Shown in pieces: positions 23,325-36,075 of a stretch of 64,000 bases of DNA. Both the position numbers and the translations under genes were made by a program. The notes beneath the pieces were generated by a model that saw nothing but the letters and a program-made list of their open reading frames with translations, was not told the origin of the DNA and did not search any database. The stretch comes from Podarcis filfolensis (taxonomy: Eukaryota). The DNA lies in the NCBI GenBank assembly GCA_964270895.1, contig OZ185446.1; one strand, given 5' to 3'. Numbering within the stretch: position 1 is the stretch's first letter; each line of letters starts with the position of its first letter.

Positions 23325-26300
23325 AAAGTGAGCCCTGTAATATGTGAGTATCCCACATACAACATCCATACATCAGGTGCTATGTTACCATCAACCCAAG
23401 ACTGAGCAATAGACAAGCAACTCATCTCTATGATAAAAAAAACACCAATGTCCTGCTGCTCGTGGTGATTGGAGATGTGTTTTTAAATTGGCTCACACTG
23501 GAAGAAAATAGGACCACTGAATCCTGTCTTAGTAGAGAAATGTCACGCAACATTCACAGTTAAGACTTACCTTTTCCATGGCTGCTTAAAGGAGTTCCTC
23601 TTTACAACAGGAAAACCAAATAACTGGAATACTGTATTTTACTTCAATACTGTTACTTCATAAAAACACAATTATACCTCAACTTGGCACTCCTAGTCCT
23701 ACAGATAAGCTCTTCGGGTGTTTTTGTTTTTTTTAAAAAATATTTTTTCCAGTATAAACACAAAGCATATTCTGGTTGCAGTGTTTATAAGGACTATTTA
23801 TGGTTGTTTTTTTTCATTACCATGTGAACTTCGTACATGCTTTAGCTGCATGAATCAATCATGTGTTCAAGTGAGAAGTCCCGGGTTTGTATATAGTGGC
23901 TTGGGGCAATTAGGCTGCAATCCTATGAGCACTTATGTGGGGCTAAGTCCCATTAAACTCACTGGGACTTACTTCTGAATAGAGATGCATAGGATGGCAC
24001 TTTAGTTAATTGGAAGAGAACCCGATCGAGGAACTGATTAGCTTTATTTACATTGCAATTCTATGTATGCCAGCTTGAAGGTACTCCCAGGTTAAGTGGA
24101 TATAGCCTTAGAAACAGAAATTGTAGAACCATGTGAGAGATGTAAATAGATTGAAATATATCGAGAGTGACTGAAATGGAAGAATTCAAAAGGCAGTCAA
24201 CACTTGTATATAATGAATTCTTCAGCGTCAGATTATTACTTTGGGATGCTTGACTCATGTGGGACAAGCTCTCGAAAACAAAGTCCTACTGCCCCTTACA
24301 CCACGTTCCTGCCAAGTTCTTAGACTTATAACACTATATCCTGTGTCTAATATGCCTGAAATCTGTATTCTGAATTATGCAACAGAATGGAGGTTTGCAC
24401 CTTGAAAAGCTTAGAATTGCCTTAGAGACTATTGTTGCAAAACTGCTACCATCAACTTTCATTTTAGTTGTTACGCCAGGAAGTGTTACTTGCTTTCTCA
24501 TGTACCTGATACTCAGTTCTACAGGTTTCTACCTAGAAATTGCTTTCCAGTCTCAGCTTTGTACAACAGTTAGGATTATTGGCCACGTTCATACATCGTC
24601 ATGGTTTAGTGTGACCTGCATGAGCTGAAATGAGCCCAGGCGATTGTTGGGTTCACACATTCCCTCCATTTTTCTGTCTGCATGGTTTGAGGGAGGACTT
24701 CAGCAGTGTTTAGGTACTTTCTCTTAATCTCAGATTTCCATTGCACGTGGACTGGGGATTGTGGTTTGCACTATGCTTAGTTTAAACAAGCCAGCTTTAT
24801 AACCCATGGTTTGAGTTTGGGTGGTTTTTGAAACTGCCCTGGGTTCATATTCCAGTTCATATTCCAGAACAAGCAGAGTTTAAGAGGAACTGAAATTAAT
24901 CACTGCTGAAATCCTCCCCTCAGGCTAATCGAAGGTAGAGAGGGGAGGGAAAGCACACATGCCCAAAGCTTGCTCAGGATCGTTCCAGCTTCTGTTTGTT
25001 GTGCTAAACCATGGTTTAACGTGAACGCAGCCACTTGTGTATATATTCCTATTTGTATAGCCGATAGGAGTCATCCCATAGCGTGTTATTCAGATTACAT
25101 GTTGTATAGATTTTGTATGTATATATGCATATATATATATATATATATTCCAAGTGGATTGGTCAGAGATGGTTATGTTATCTTTGAAAGCATTTGAGAT
25201 AATTACTGATTTCCTTTCTAACAGATACTAAAGAGCAAATTTCATGTTGGAAGTATACTGAGTTAGATACATGTGGAAGTTACCTGAAATTTAGATAAAC
25301 CTCTGAGTAAATTCTTCATACAGTGACGTGTGGATTCAGGTTTAAGATAATTAAGATAGGACATTCTTTTCATATCTGTCAATATTCCTGTTTTCCTTTT
25401 CTTTAATGGTCTAAAATGTTTGTTTGAAGTACATGAACCCATGTATAACAACAGCAATCGTTATGTTCTGTTACTTCCATGGGGGTTGAATAAGAAAAAT
25501 ATTATACAATTATAATAAAAATTAAAGTAAAACCAACAGTTATGCAGACGTTTTTACCACATGGATAGGTGCGTGGATTACAGTGTGAATGCAGATTTAT
25601 GCTAAAGTAATGTGGTAAGAGTTTTAAAAACAAAAGACAGTGGGATGGATATTTCTTATCTGAATTACTTACAGTATTGTGAATTTTAAGGAAACGTAAG
25701 TCCATGGAGCTCAGCAGGACATCATTTAATTCCACTCTTAATTTCAGCAGCCTTCAGTGTGCCGAATTTCCCTGGAACATGCCCAATGACCCTAACTTGC
25801 ATGACCACTTGGGGGTGATTTGCATACTGTATGTGGAGAAGCAAGAAACAGGGTGTCCATCAGGACCATCCCACCCATGAGGCAAGGCGAAGAAACCGCT
25901 TCAGGTGGTAGGATCCACAGGGGCAGCAAATCCCGATGTGCATCTATATTCCCTCCTTGTTCCTGATATAGATCTACGCCTATCCCTTCTACCCTGCCGG
26001 GGAGGGGAGCATCGTTTGATCATTTGCATCAAGTGCAAAAATGTATTGAGCCAGCCCTGGTGTCCCTACTGTGTAAACTTGAACAGAGGAGGGTAGGGGG
26101 GAGGCAAGAGTAGACTAGATTCCTTTCCGGCTCCCTCCCAACTCACCGCTGAGCAACGGCAGCCCCGGGCAGGTCTTGGAGCAGTACATGAAGTGGTCTA
26201 AGCCTGCACACAGAGTGGGCATGGCCTGCAGCCTGTGTTCTTAGATGTTCTGTGAGAAAAGTGGAAGGTTGCCCTGCCGCCATGCTGTGTTCCAGGACGG

Positions 26301-26706
26301 CCAGTGCTATTTTTATAAAGGAAGAGGTGCCAGAACTCACCATGAACACCTCCTTTGTTCTCTTAGAATGGCAATGGCACCCACCTCAGAGGTACCAAAA
26401 CAGCAAGTTCCGGCTGGAAAAAAAGCTCTGGGCATGGCATCTGAATGGAGCAGCCATTCTTTGTTATTTGGTTTATGGAGTCTGACGCAGTAGTGCTGGA
26501 TTTAGGATGGTGTGGGTGGTTCCAGCGCATAGGGCACTGAGCCAAGAGGGCAGAAAACAACAACAACAACAACCAGGGCCCCTTTTTTCAGCCAGAACTT
26601 GCTGGAACTCTGTTCCGGCACCTCTCAGGTGGGGGCCATTGCCATTATAAGAGAACAAGGGCGGCATTCATGGTGAGTTCCAGGTATATAGGAACTCTTA
26701 CAGGTA

Positions 26707-26932
26707 CAGTGGTACCTCGGGTTAAGTACTTAATTCGTTCCGGAGGTCCGTTCTTAACCTGAAACTGTTCTTAACCAGAGGTACCACTTTAGCTAATGGG
26801 GCCTCCTGCTGCCGCTGCGCCGCTGCTGCACGATTTCTGTTCTCATCCTGAAGCAAAGTTCTTAACCCGAGGTACTATTTCTGGGTTAGCAGAGTCTGTA
26901 ACCTGAAGCGTATGTAACCCGAGGTACCACTG
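26707..26932. mobile_element. Tc1/mariner-type MITE, family 2
   Basis: TA|CAGTGGTACCTCGGGTTA ... TAACCCGAGGTACCACTG|TA; same family at 31639 and 62589. Confidence 0.9.
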
Positions 26933-27989
26933 TATAATAACACCTAGATTTATACAGGTGCCTACTCAATTATTGTGAAAATAAGAAATATTTAGAGGGG
27001 GCACCAAATTTTGTCTTCACTCAGGAGGCCGTATTACCAAAGGCCACCCCTTTGGTATTTGCATCATATGATTAGATTAGCAGTTTTTATTTTAATTTCT
27101 TCAAAAAGCAAAGGAACTAGCTGTCTCCTTAGTGTCACCCAGTAGTAGAAAACACATGATTTGCACTCAGAGGTTCCCAGTCACTTGGCCTCTCTAGGAA
27201 TGGTTAAGGAAGGCTAGAGGTTCTGCTAGTTCCTGCAGGGAACCAGGTTGGGAACACACAGGCAGCAGTTTCCTCAAGAGCCATTTGCTGCAGAGTAATT
27301 ACATGTTCCCGGGAAACATTTGATTAAGGGCTCAAGTTACTGAACCTTCTCTATGTGCTGCTGGCAGAAAGACGGTGTGAAGAAGACAAATGTGAAATGT
27401 AAAGTCTTTGTCAGTTCACCAGTAGTGAATAGCGGATGTCTGCTAAATCCATTAGGGAACTCCGCAATTTACTTTGCCCAGACAAAAGCAGCTCAGATTA
27501 GAAAATGGGGGTTAGTGGTAAATGCAGATTGACCTCCCTCTCCCCTTCTGTCTCATTTCTAAGGTTAATGTATTTGTACAGTACCCCCAGAGATGTGCAC
27601 AATGAAGTCCTATTCTCCCCCTTCTCATTTCTATATTGGTGTCTGGCAACACTCCAAGTTCTAACAGGCTGGAGGAAAAAAGTCTTGTGGCATGTTTTGA
27701 TTGCATTTGTGATCACTGAGCCAGTTAAGAGAGAAGACCTATGGCCAATTTGTTCAGCAAAGGAGATGTTGTGTCTGATAGGGTCAGCCAATCGAAATTG
27801 TATTAAGGGAATGCACTCCTACTGGAAATTACATTACAGATTTATTTTATTTAATTTCTGGAAAGAAATCAGAAAAAATAACTTGGTTATTTATGCTTCT
27901 TTTCCCCATTAGCTCCCCCCCCCAGCAACTTGTGTATATGTGTTCCTCTATGAAAGGATGAATCCTCAGTGAGTCTCCCTCGGGAGATG

Positions 27990-28125
27990 GCAAACTCTTC
28001 TATCTTGGAGGTTTTCAAGCAGAGGCTGGATGGCCAAGCGTCATGCACGCTTTAGCTGAGATTCCTGCATTGCAGGGGGTGGACTAGATGATCCTCGGGA
28101 TCCCTTCCAACTCTATGATTCTATG
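27990..28125 (+). mobile_element. CR1 LINE 3' end
   Basis: GGAGGTTTTCAAGCAGAGGCTGGATGGCCA ... CCCTTCCAACTCTATGATTCTATG, the typical CR1 terminus. Confidence 0.8.
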
Positions 28126-31100
28126 TTTCTAGGGGTAGGTAGCTGGGGAGGACAGGGATCCAAATAAATGCCATATATCTGAATGTGTTTCAGTCTTGCT
28201 AACTCTAGTGATGCGATTTCTCCTTTCATTAGGAACCAGGAGAGGAAAGAAGGAGACTTTCTTCTGCTGCAAGGAATAACCTTGTCCAGCTCAAGCTTAA
28301 CAATATAAAATTAAAGGTGACAAGAATTAAACTTGGCTGGAAATCACACCCTTTGATCCAGCTGCCCTAATTTTCCTACTGTACAGGGGTAGATGGTGAA
28401 GAAGAAGCAAACTATCAGCTTGTAGACACTCTCTCCTGGGGGACTTTCTAGAATTGGTCTTAGTTAAGACCTACATGGATTCAAGCATAGGAACACAGGG
28501 AAGTTCTATATGTCAATTCAGATTTGGTGGTTGTTTCTGTTGGGAAATTCCATTCCACCTTTAGTTGCAGACATGGAACTGTTACGTGTCACATGTCTGT
28601 TTACATACCAGCACAGTCTGCTGGGAACTTCCGTTGTATGTATAGCTTTTGCTTTAGACTGTCTCTCTCGCTGAGAAGACAAAGAGAGAGACGACATGTT
28701 TCTTTGTCCTGACTTATGATTAATAAATCCGTAGTTGTGTAGTATGCTTCCACAGCCTCACGCCTATGCTCTGCTGATACAGTGTGCCCTGGCTTTGAAG
28801 ACTGGGTCACTGATTTATGTCAGATCAGAGGTCAATGGGTCTTTCCAGTGGAATGGCTGGAAGGAAACGACCCAGCTGGGGCTAGCCAGCTGGTCTTTTG
28901 ACCCTCTGCATGCCGACAGTTTCTACAGTGATGGGAGGAGGGGCTCCCAAGGGTGGGCATCTGCCCATGGAAATCAGTAAGGTTCTATGATCCTTTATAA
29001 CATGCCTTCCCTAGGGCTATAGGCCGTAAAAGCAACCCACAGGAAACAATGGGTTTAACTTGCAAAATTAAAATATTAAATTTAGTAATAGGAACCCCCA
29101 AAAGTTTCAATAGTCCACACAAGATGGACTGTTGCAGCTGTAACTGTGTCATCAGCAGCAGAAAGTGTGACAAAATGAGAGCTCCACGGAAAACACAGTA
29201 CTGCAATGGTTTGACAAAGAACATTGCTCAGTCACTTTTTCCTGAGCATCTATACAAAGGATGATCCTTGAGGAGATAGGGGCTGGTGTGGAAGCAACCA
29301 AAACCTCTGAAGAACTGGCCACGCTATTCCTTTTCCATTCTCGAGAAACACAGCCCACCAAGAGATATCCCAAAAAATACTCAAGTGTTGTTGCTACTCT
29401 TTAATTACCCATAATATTTGTAGTGAAGCCATGGGATGTGGCAGTTGGTCCACATCATCCAGCCCAGATCCCTTTAGTTGTGAGATAGCTCAGATTTCTC
29501 TGTCCCGTATTCTGCATTAAGATAGCTTGGGAGAAGCATTGTGGCGTAACCTAATGAGGATTTTCCATACTGTCAGCACTTCAGAATGGAATGATTTCTC
29601 CTCTGAAGGGACACCCGTTCAGCGTTGCCTTAGCTGCATGCTAAATCCAGGCTTGGACACATACTTAACAATCCTGACTTAGGCAGATGATCAGAAGTTT
29701 CCGCACTTTATTTAGAGAGGTGAGCTGTGGCAGCGTCCCAGAGCTTGTCTCCTTCCATAATTTAGGCAACCCAGAGACTTGTGGTAAAAAAAAGGGGAAT
29801 CCACCTCACAGCCTGGCCTACACAAAGGTCAGATAAATCCACAACAGTGTCAAAATAGCATTTACGGCACTCTAAATGCTTATTTCGGTCAAATAAACAG
29901 GTAACTTTATCCTTATTGCTGTTCTGTTGAGCTTTTTGGTTTGATGGAATTCGTCTAATAGACTGTGGGCTGGAAAGTTGTTGTTGGGTGTCAATTTCAG
30001 TGTGATATACCTGAGCTCCTCTGATATTGAGTTACAGGGAAAGAATGGGAAATTGTGCCTTAGAGAAGACCCAGCAAGACCTAACCATGATAAATTGCTT
30101 CTCGGTTGCACGATGGAGACTAGATGCCAGCTGTTAAGCGAAAACCAAGTGGAAAACCATGACCTACTGGAAAATATTTGAGGCATGTCTAGTCTCTGAA
30201 GATGAGATACGAGCGGACAATATCAACCCTGAAAACAGATGCTAAATTAATTGGGGTAGGGTTGGCAGAAAGCCACAATCGGAGTGCTGGCGAAGACAAG
30301 AGGCAAAAGGGAAGGGGGAAAATATCCGCACGCTTTTCATATCTATTTGCATCTGCACGTACCAATGGGTGCCAACCAAGTTCTACAATATGCTACTTTG
30401 AATTCTGTACCAAAAGCGTTAATAAGAAAATGTTCCATTGCTTAGTCTGCTTCACCTAGTACCAGGCATAGGAATGGAGCTATTTGGGATCAGTGTAGTC
30501 CCTGACCATTGGTCTGTCCTGCTCAACATTGCCCATCCTGCACATTTCTAGGATCCCAAGCTTTTCCACAAAAAGTGCCAGGCATATTGCCAAGGGGGAG
30601 ACCTCTCCATCTTTGAACACATGTTGCATTGCCAAAAGCACAACCCAGTCAACTATTAAGGGGAGGGAACAAAAAACAGCCAAATGAGGACTGAGCAAGC
30701 ACATAATACTGACTTTTGAGGGAGAGCGAAATCAGAAAATTGGAGAGGATAGCTTGAGAATAATGAACAGGACTGTGGCCGAAACCCTGAGAAGGAGCAC
30801 TCCACACTGCAACATTTTGTTGCCAATGCCATTGGTTAGTTCCATAGCTGACTGGGTGGCACTGGGGTCTCTCATCTAGAAATAACCCCATCCTTGATGC
30901 TCCAAGCGGTTAACAACATTGATTTAGTTCCTCAACACCCTCGGGGCAATTTCCTAGATTATTTGGGAGAAACCGCTTGCAAGACTAGTTTTGCGGAGTG
31001 CAGTTCTGCCTTGAACTAGATTTCTTCACTATTACTGCCAAAATTCTCTGTATTTTTCAAGCCACCATTCCCATCTAGCAGAAGAGATAGACATGCAATT

Positions 31101-31335
31101 CTGCATATCATCCTGAAATGAGTGTGCATCCAGATACACATCGAACCAGATGAGTCTCTTGCTGCAAGACTGGTTGTTTTACTGTTTAACTTGGTTCCTC
31201 TGGGAGGAATAGCTACTAGCCAGGAGGGCTATGTTCTACCTCCACTGTCAGAAGCAGTGGGAATCACAAGTGGGGAGGAATGATGCTAATAACACAGAGA
31301 GACAGAGAGACAGGTTGATGTTTATTGTATCAATA

Positions 31336-31575
31336 CAGTTGTACCTTGGTTTTCGAACAGCTTAGTTCTCAAACGTTTTGGCTCTGAAGGCCGCAAACCC
31401 GGAAGTGAGTGTTCCGGTTTGCGAACTATTTTTGGAAGCCAAATGTCTGACGGGGCTTCCAGTTGGCCGCAGGAGCTTCCTGCAGCCATTCAGAAGCCGC
31501 GCTTTAGTTTCTGAACATTTTGGAAGTTGAACCGACTTCCGGAACGGATTCCGTTCGACTTCCAAGGTACCACTG
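31336..31575. mobile_element. Tc1/mariner-type MITE, family 1
   Basis: TA|CAGTTGTACCTTGG ... CCAAGGTACCACTG|TA. Confidence 0.88.
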
Positions 31576-31638
31576 TACTTTGTTGGGAGCTGCCTAGAGT
31601 GCCTGGGGCAACCCAGTCAGATGGGTGGCATATTATTA

Positions 31639-31879
31639 CAGTGGTACCTTGGGTTACATACACTTGAGGTTACATACGCTTCAGGTTACAGACTCCGCTA
31701 ACCCAGAAATATTACCTTGGGCTAAGAACTTTGCTTCAGGATGAGAACAGAAATCGTGCTGTGGCAACGCTGTGGCAGCAGGAGGCCCCATTAGCTAAAC
31801 TGGTGCTTCAGGTTAAGAACAGTTTCAGGTTAAGAACGGACCTCCGGAACGAATTAAGTACTTAACCCGAGGTACCACT

Positions 31880-31880
<1 letters not shown>
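31639..31880. mobile_element. Tc1/mariner-type MITE, family 2, inserted in the (ATT)n tail of an L2 end
   Basis: Terminal inverted repeats with TA duplication; L2 tail at 31580-31638 on the left, (ATT)n continues on the right. Confidence 0.9.

Positions 31881-31941
<61 letters not shown>
31881..31941. repeat. (ATT)n microsatellite
   Basis: About 20 perfect units. Confidence 0.97.
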
Positions 31942-32949
31942 GGAATGGTGAAACTGTGAACACATCTGCAAATTTATCACCCTAACGCTTCACTTATGGC
32001 TAAAGACAGAATTTAAGATGCCATCCATACACATTAATAGATCTTTGCCCCCTTTCCCCGTTATTCATCAGTGTCTGCTGCTCCTACAGTTGGTGAAGAC
32101 TGCCCCATAGTGAAAATGTCAGGGAACAGCACTATAACTATTTCCTGAAAAGGCAGGGACTAGTTGGGGGCTTCATTCCTAGCTAAAGTATCGCTAATGA
32201 TGGACAAATCTGTCAGTTTTGGTTCTTTCCATTTCTCATTTTTCCCAATCTTAAGTTTAGCTCTCCACATTTCTGCAGCAATTTGCTTTAAAAAAACAAA
32301 CAAAAAAACCCCCTCACAATAGGTGGCTATTGATGACATTATTTTGGTTTAAGAAGGCCTTCCCTAAAGTGTGACCTAATAATTTTATGGAATAATTATA
32401 GAAATGGTTTTAGTTTTCTGAGTTTATTATACTGTACACCTTTTTGGTAGCTTTTGGTTATGAAGCTATTTACAAAACCTGCAAATAAATAAGGAAGATA
32501 GGAAGTCAAACAGAAACTATAGACCACGCTTTGGTTTTGTCTATGCAGAAATGTTTTGTGTAAGAAAACCCTGCCATGCTTAAAGGTTAATCTCTTATTT
32601 CTGTCCAGCATCCCGCTCCAATAAACACTATATATATGTGAAGCTTCTTGAAGCCGGCAGTCTAAATAAATCTGCTGGTGTGTTCGGGACCCATTTCGTT
32701 GCCCTTCTCTTATTGTTCCGCTGCTCTTATCAGCACTTTCCAAGCAGCAAAGTCCATCTTTCCCCATTATACTGTCCCCAGCGTAAGCCAGGGAGCACTA
32801 ATCCCGAGCAGCCCCAGGACCTGTTAACTGAAGGCTTCAAAAGACAGTTTAATTTCACGGGGAATCTCCCTCTTTGCTGGCAGGGCATTCTTCAAAGAAA
32901 ACTGGAAGGTTTGTCATGGGTGCCTTCCCTTGCTCCCACTGCTTGTCGC

Positions 32950-33620
32950 AGAGCTTGGGGGCAAATTTCTCAGGCAACAAAAGGGCAAAATAAAACCATT
33001 TAAAGCGACAGCTCCGAATACCTCTGTTGCGCATCTAAGGTGCCTGATGAACCTTGGTTAGCCCAAACCTCTAATTCTAACAGTATTAGCGTAAAGCATA
33101 GTAGGTGCTTCATTCTGTTACTAAAGCATTTCTAAGCATAAAGTCCCTGATGCAGCTTCCTGTGTGTTTCAAATTTTACATAGCAGAAAGTTCATCACAA
33201 AGCACTGGTCCAATGTGGGTTTTCCTCTTTGGAAACCTGCCTGGACTTCAGATATCACCTTATTTGTATCTGCCCATTCTTCTAGTCTCCCAGGGAGGAG
33301 CCTGGCATATAGTTTGGAGGCTACATCTAACAAACTAATGGGTCTATAATTGGCAGTGTTTTTCTTATCACCCTTTTTATATTTTGGGGCAATTATACTC
33401 AGCTTCCACCCTTCAGGTATGCGACCTGAGCTGTTAATGTATAAAAACAATTTTGCAAAAATGGGTGACCAGAAATCAGGTCTTATCTTATAGATCTCCA
33501 TTGGGATCGTGTCTTCTCCTGGAGCTTTATTAGCTAGTTGGCTTGCGATTAGCCTCTTAATCTGATTGGGCGTGAAGTCTGGCATTCTGGCAGTTCTAAT
33601 AACTGAGTATAGTAAACTTG
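32950..33620 (-). mobile_element. Degenerate non-LTR retrotransposon RT fragment, clade uncertain (not the L1 or CR1 seen elsewhere here)
   Basis: ORF 33169-33585 has KAPGED, KKGD...ANYRPISLL and QAGF.RG.PT.D; frameshifted continuation LYANTVRIR and NRGIR below 33100. Confidence 0.8.
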
Positions 33621-33632
33621 TGGGGGTGAGTA

Positions 33633-33800
33633 TTTATATTTATATACCGCCCATCTGACTGGGTTACCCCAGCCACTCTGTGTGGCTTCCAACAAATTAA
33701 AACACAGCATCAAACATTAAAAACTTCCCCCTGAACAAAAGTCAGTTAAGTCGTTTATTTCCTTAACATCCGAGAGGAGGGAATTCCACAGCATGGGCGT
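33633..33800 (-). mobile_element. L2-type LINE 3' end fragment
   Basis: CCGCCCATCTGACTGGGTTACCCCAGCCACTCTG tail shared with the other L2 ends. Confidence 0.65.
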
Positions 33801-33855
33801 TACTACAGAGAAGAAATAACCATCGCAATTAAGACACAATAAAATCAAAGGAAGT

Positions 33856-33861
33856 TTTATT
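33856..33861 (-). terminator. Candidate PLEKHA8 polyadenylation signal (implies a 3' UTR of about 4.6 kb)
   Basis: AATAAA on - strand followed by a U/GU-rich tract; 33.9-38.5 kb is relatively TE-poor; other sites are possible. Confidence 0.3.
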
Positions 33862-35939
33862 GTCATCATCAAAGCATTGCGGAGTGCATTCCACACGTCG
33901 GTGTGGTCAATGGGGAAAAGCCCATGTGTTGTTTTTTATAAAAAAAAAATCTCTGGATTGTACCCAATGCCTAGTAACTGCATAAGTGTTGACCATTTCC
34001 CAAGCCATGCAACATGTTCAAATGAAGGGAGTGGGAGTGGCAATAATAAATAGAATTGTATAGTTTTCCTACCATGACTTCTACTAGGATAAGTTATTCT
34101 CTGATATATATATTAAAGGAATATTTCTTTTAAGAACAAGACCCTTGCTGTGATCCGTCGGTATAGCCAGTCTCAAAACATTTGCCATTTCAGTGTAACG
34201 AATCATGAGAATGTGATGATATATGCCACTACGCCCTTCAGGCTGCCTTTTGGTAACTACCTGTGTTTTCAAAAGGAAACATTACAAAATATCCAAAGCA
34301 ACACAGCACATACTGGGGACTCCTGTGGGGTGGGGGTAACCCTAGTAAAACCTTTTGTCCTTCATTCAAACACAACAGGCATGTACTCTACTTTACAAAG
34401 ATATACAGAGTGCAAGTCAAACATGCCAACAGCAGTTCACACGCAGTACAGTTTTGGAAGCTTCTTATGTCTTGTGCAAAAGTCCACCGTTCATACAGTT
34501 TAGAATAGAAATGTCCTTTGCAAGAGGTCTCAACTGGTCTACAACATTATTTACATGAACAATCAGAGTCTTTAAAGACGACTGGGTTTTTGCCCTTGCT
34601 GCTCAAATCCCTGAGAATATGTATCTACCAGCTTTTTTTTTTTAAAGGGAGTCAGATGACAGAAATGAACCAGGACATATCATGCTGCAGCAGCTAATTG
34701 CAATTCACTGTTGCTCATGTGACACAAGTCAGTGACACATGTTAACCACTTAGCTGTCACTTGAAGCGTGCTTGTAGTTCAGCTGAAAGGGACACCTCAT
34801 TATTCTTTTAAACCTCAAAACACTCCAGCTATCCTCTAAAATGCTCACACTTAGAAGAGTTAAGAGAACCAGCCATTTTGTCCGCTAGGCAGACGGCTGT
34901 GTTTATTTGCAGTGTCTATATACAAAATGGCTTCCATACCGTCAACTGCTAGGCAACATCATTTGACAAACAAAATAGGCATTCTAGAGGCCCAACACTA
35001 TAAAAAAGAACACTACTTTTCAGAATATCTCTCTTTGTATGTTTGTTGGAAGGGAGGAACTGACCATTTGAGGAAGACCACCTGCTCAAGGGGGCAGGTG
35101 AAGATAAGGCGATGTTCTGAGGAAACAATGACAAAATGGAAACAAGCAAAATAAAATGCTGTTGGCACAAGTGCCTACTATAAAATGATGGGCAGCTGTT
35201 GGCGTAAGCAGATGCAGACTGGGTGCCACTTAATGCCAAAAACAAACAAACAAACAAGTTAATCTTGACCCACAGGGGAAGGGTTTTGTGCCTAGCTTTC
35301 AACTTGAAATTTACCACTTGTCAAGCTACTGGAAGTGGTGAGAATGGTGGGTATAAGAGAGGCAATGAGAGCAGAGTACATGGGGAACACATCACATGAT
35401 CATCTCTGCACAGGTCCTCTTAATCTACCTAATTCAGTTTGGTCACGTGAACCGGACTCTATAAACAAATAGCGAAAGATCCTCCATCTTGGAGTTTCAC
35501 TTGGGAATGATGAAGAGATTAACTGGAAACATGCCCTCTGCTGCAGCTCAAATGTTATGACGTATCTAAAACAACAGCCAATGCACAAAGTGAATTTAGA
35601 GGATTAGGGAATCTTTCCTTGAAATTATTGCATTGTTGCAGAGGGGATTTAGGTACGATGATGGCACAAGTGAGAAATTCCCTCACCCAGAATGTCAACA
35701 ACAACATTTATAAAGTGCCTCAAAGATCTAGGTGCTGTGCATTCAAACAGAGAAATGGAAAGTTGGGTTCCTCTGCCCCAAATATGGCCTCATTGAAATT
35801 TCTTAAGTTGTAATGAGAATAAACCATTTTATCAACAAATATTCAAGACAACAGACATCTAAATAAATGATGGGAAATGATACATTGTGAGCACAAGAAG
35901 TTCAAAATAAAAATAGGGCTATTGGCTGAACGTTTCTCT

Positions 35940-36075
35940 ATTGCAGCCTTTCTTAACTTTGGATCCCCAGATGTTATTAAACTACAGCTCCCATCATTCC
36001 TGACCTGCTGGCCATGTTGGCTAGGAATGATGGGAGTTGTAGTCCAACAACATCTGAGGACCCAAGGTGTAGAAA
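35940..36075. mobile_element. Palindromic hAT-type MITE (ACTACAACTCCCATCAT family), degenerate
   Basis: Hairpin core CTACAGCTCCCATCAT...ATGATGGGAGTTGTAG. Confidence 0.6.

Noticed and set aside
24377-24628. Remnant of EAF1 (LEKL motif) at the synteny junction
   Set aside because: Only a 4-residue resemblance, with no splice-site or extended similarity.
28233-28316. Possible extra plus-strand exon in the intergenic gap
   Set aside because: Good acceptor but weak donor (GTGACA), no recognisable homology, and it lies downstream of the COLQ stop.
29900-30460. Degenerate APE endonuclease domain on + strand
   Set aside because: Only faint motif echoes (IY, LLLG, TICY) with catalytic residues missing; a profile search would be needed.
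33030-33070. Second hammerhead (CTGATGA present)
   Set aside because: No helix II followed by GAAA and no helix I complement.
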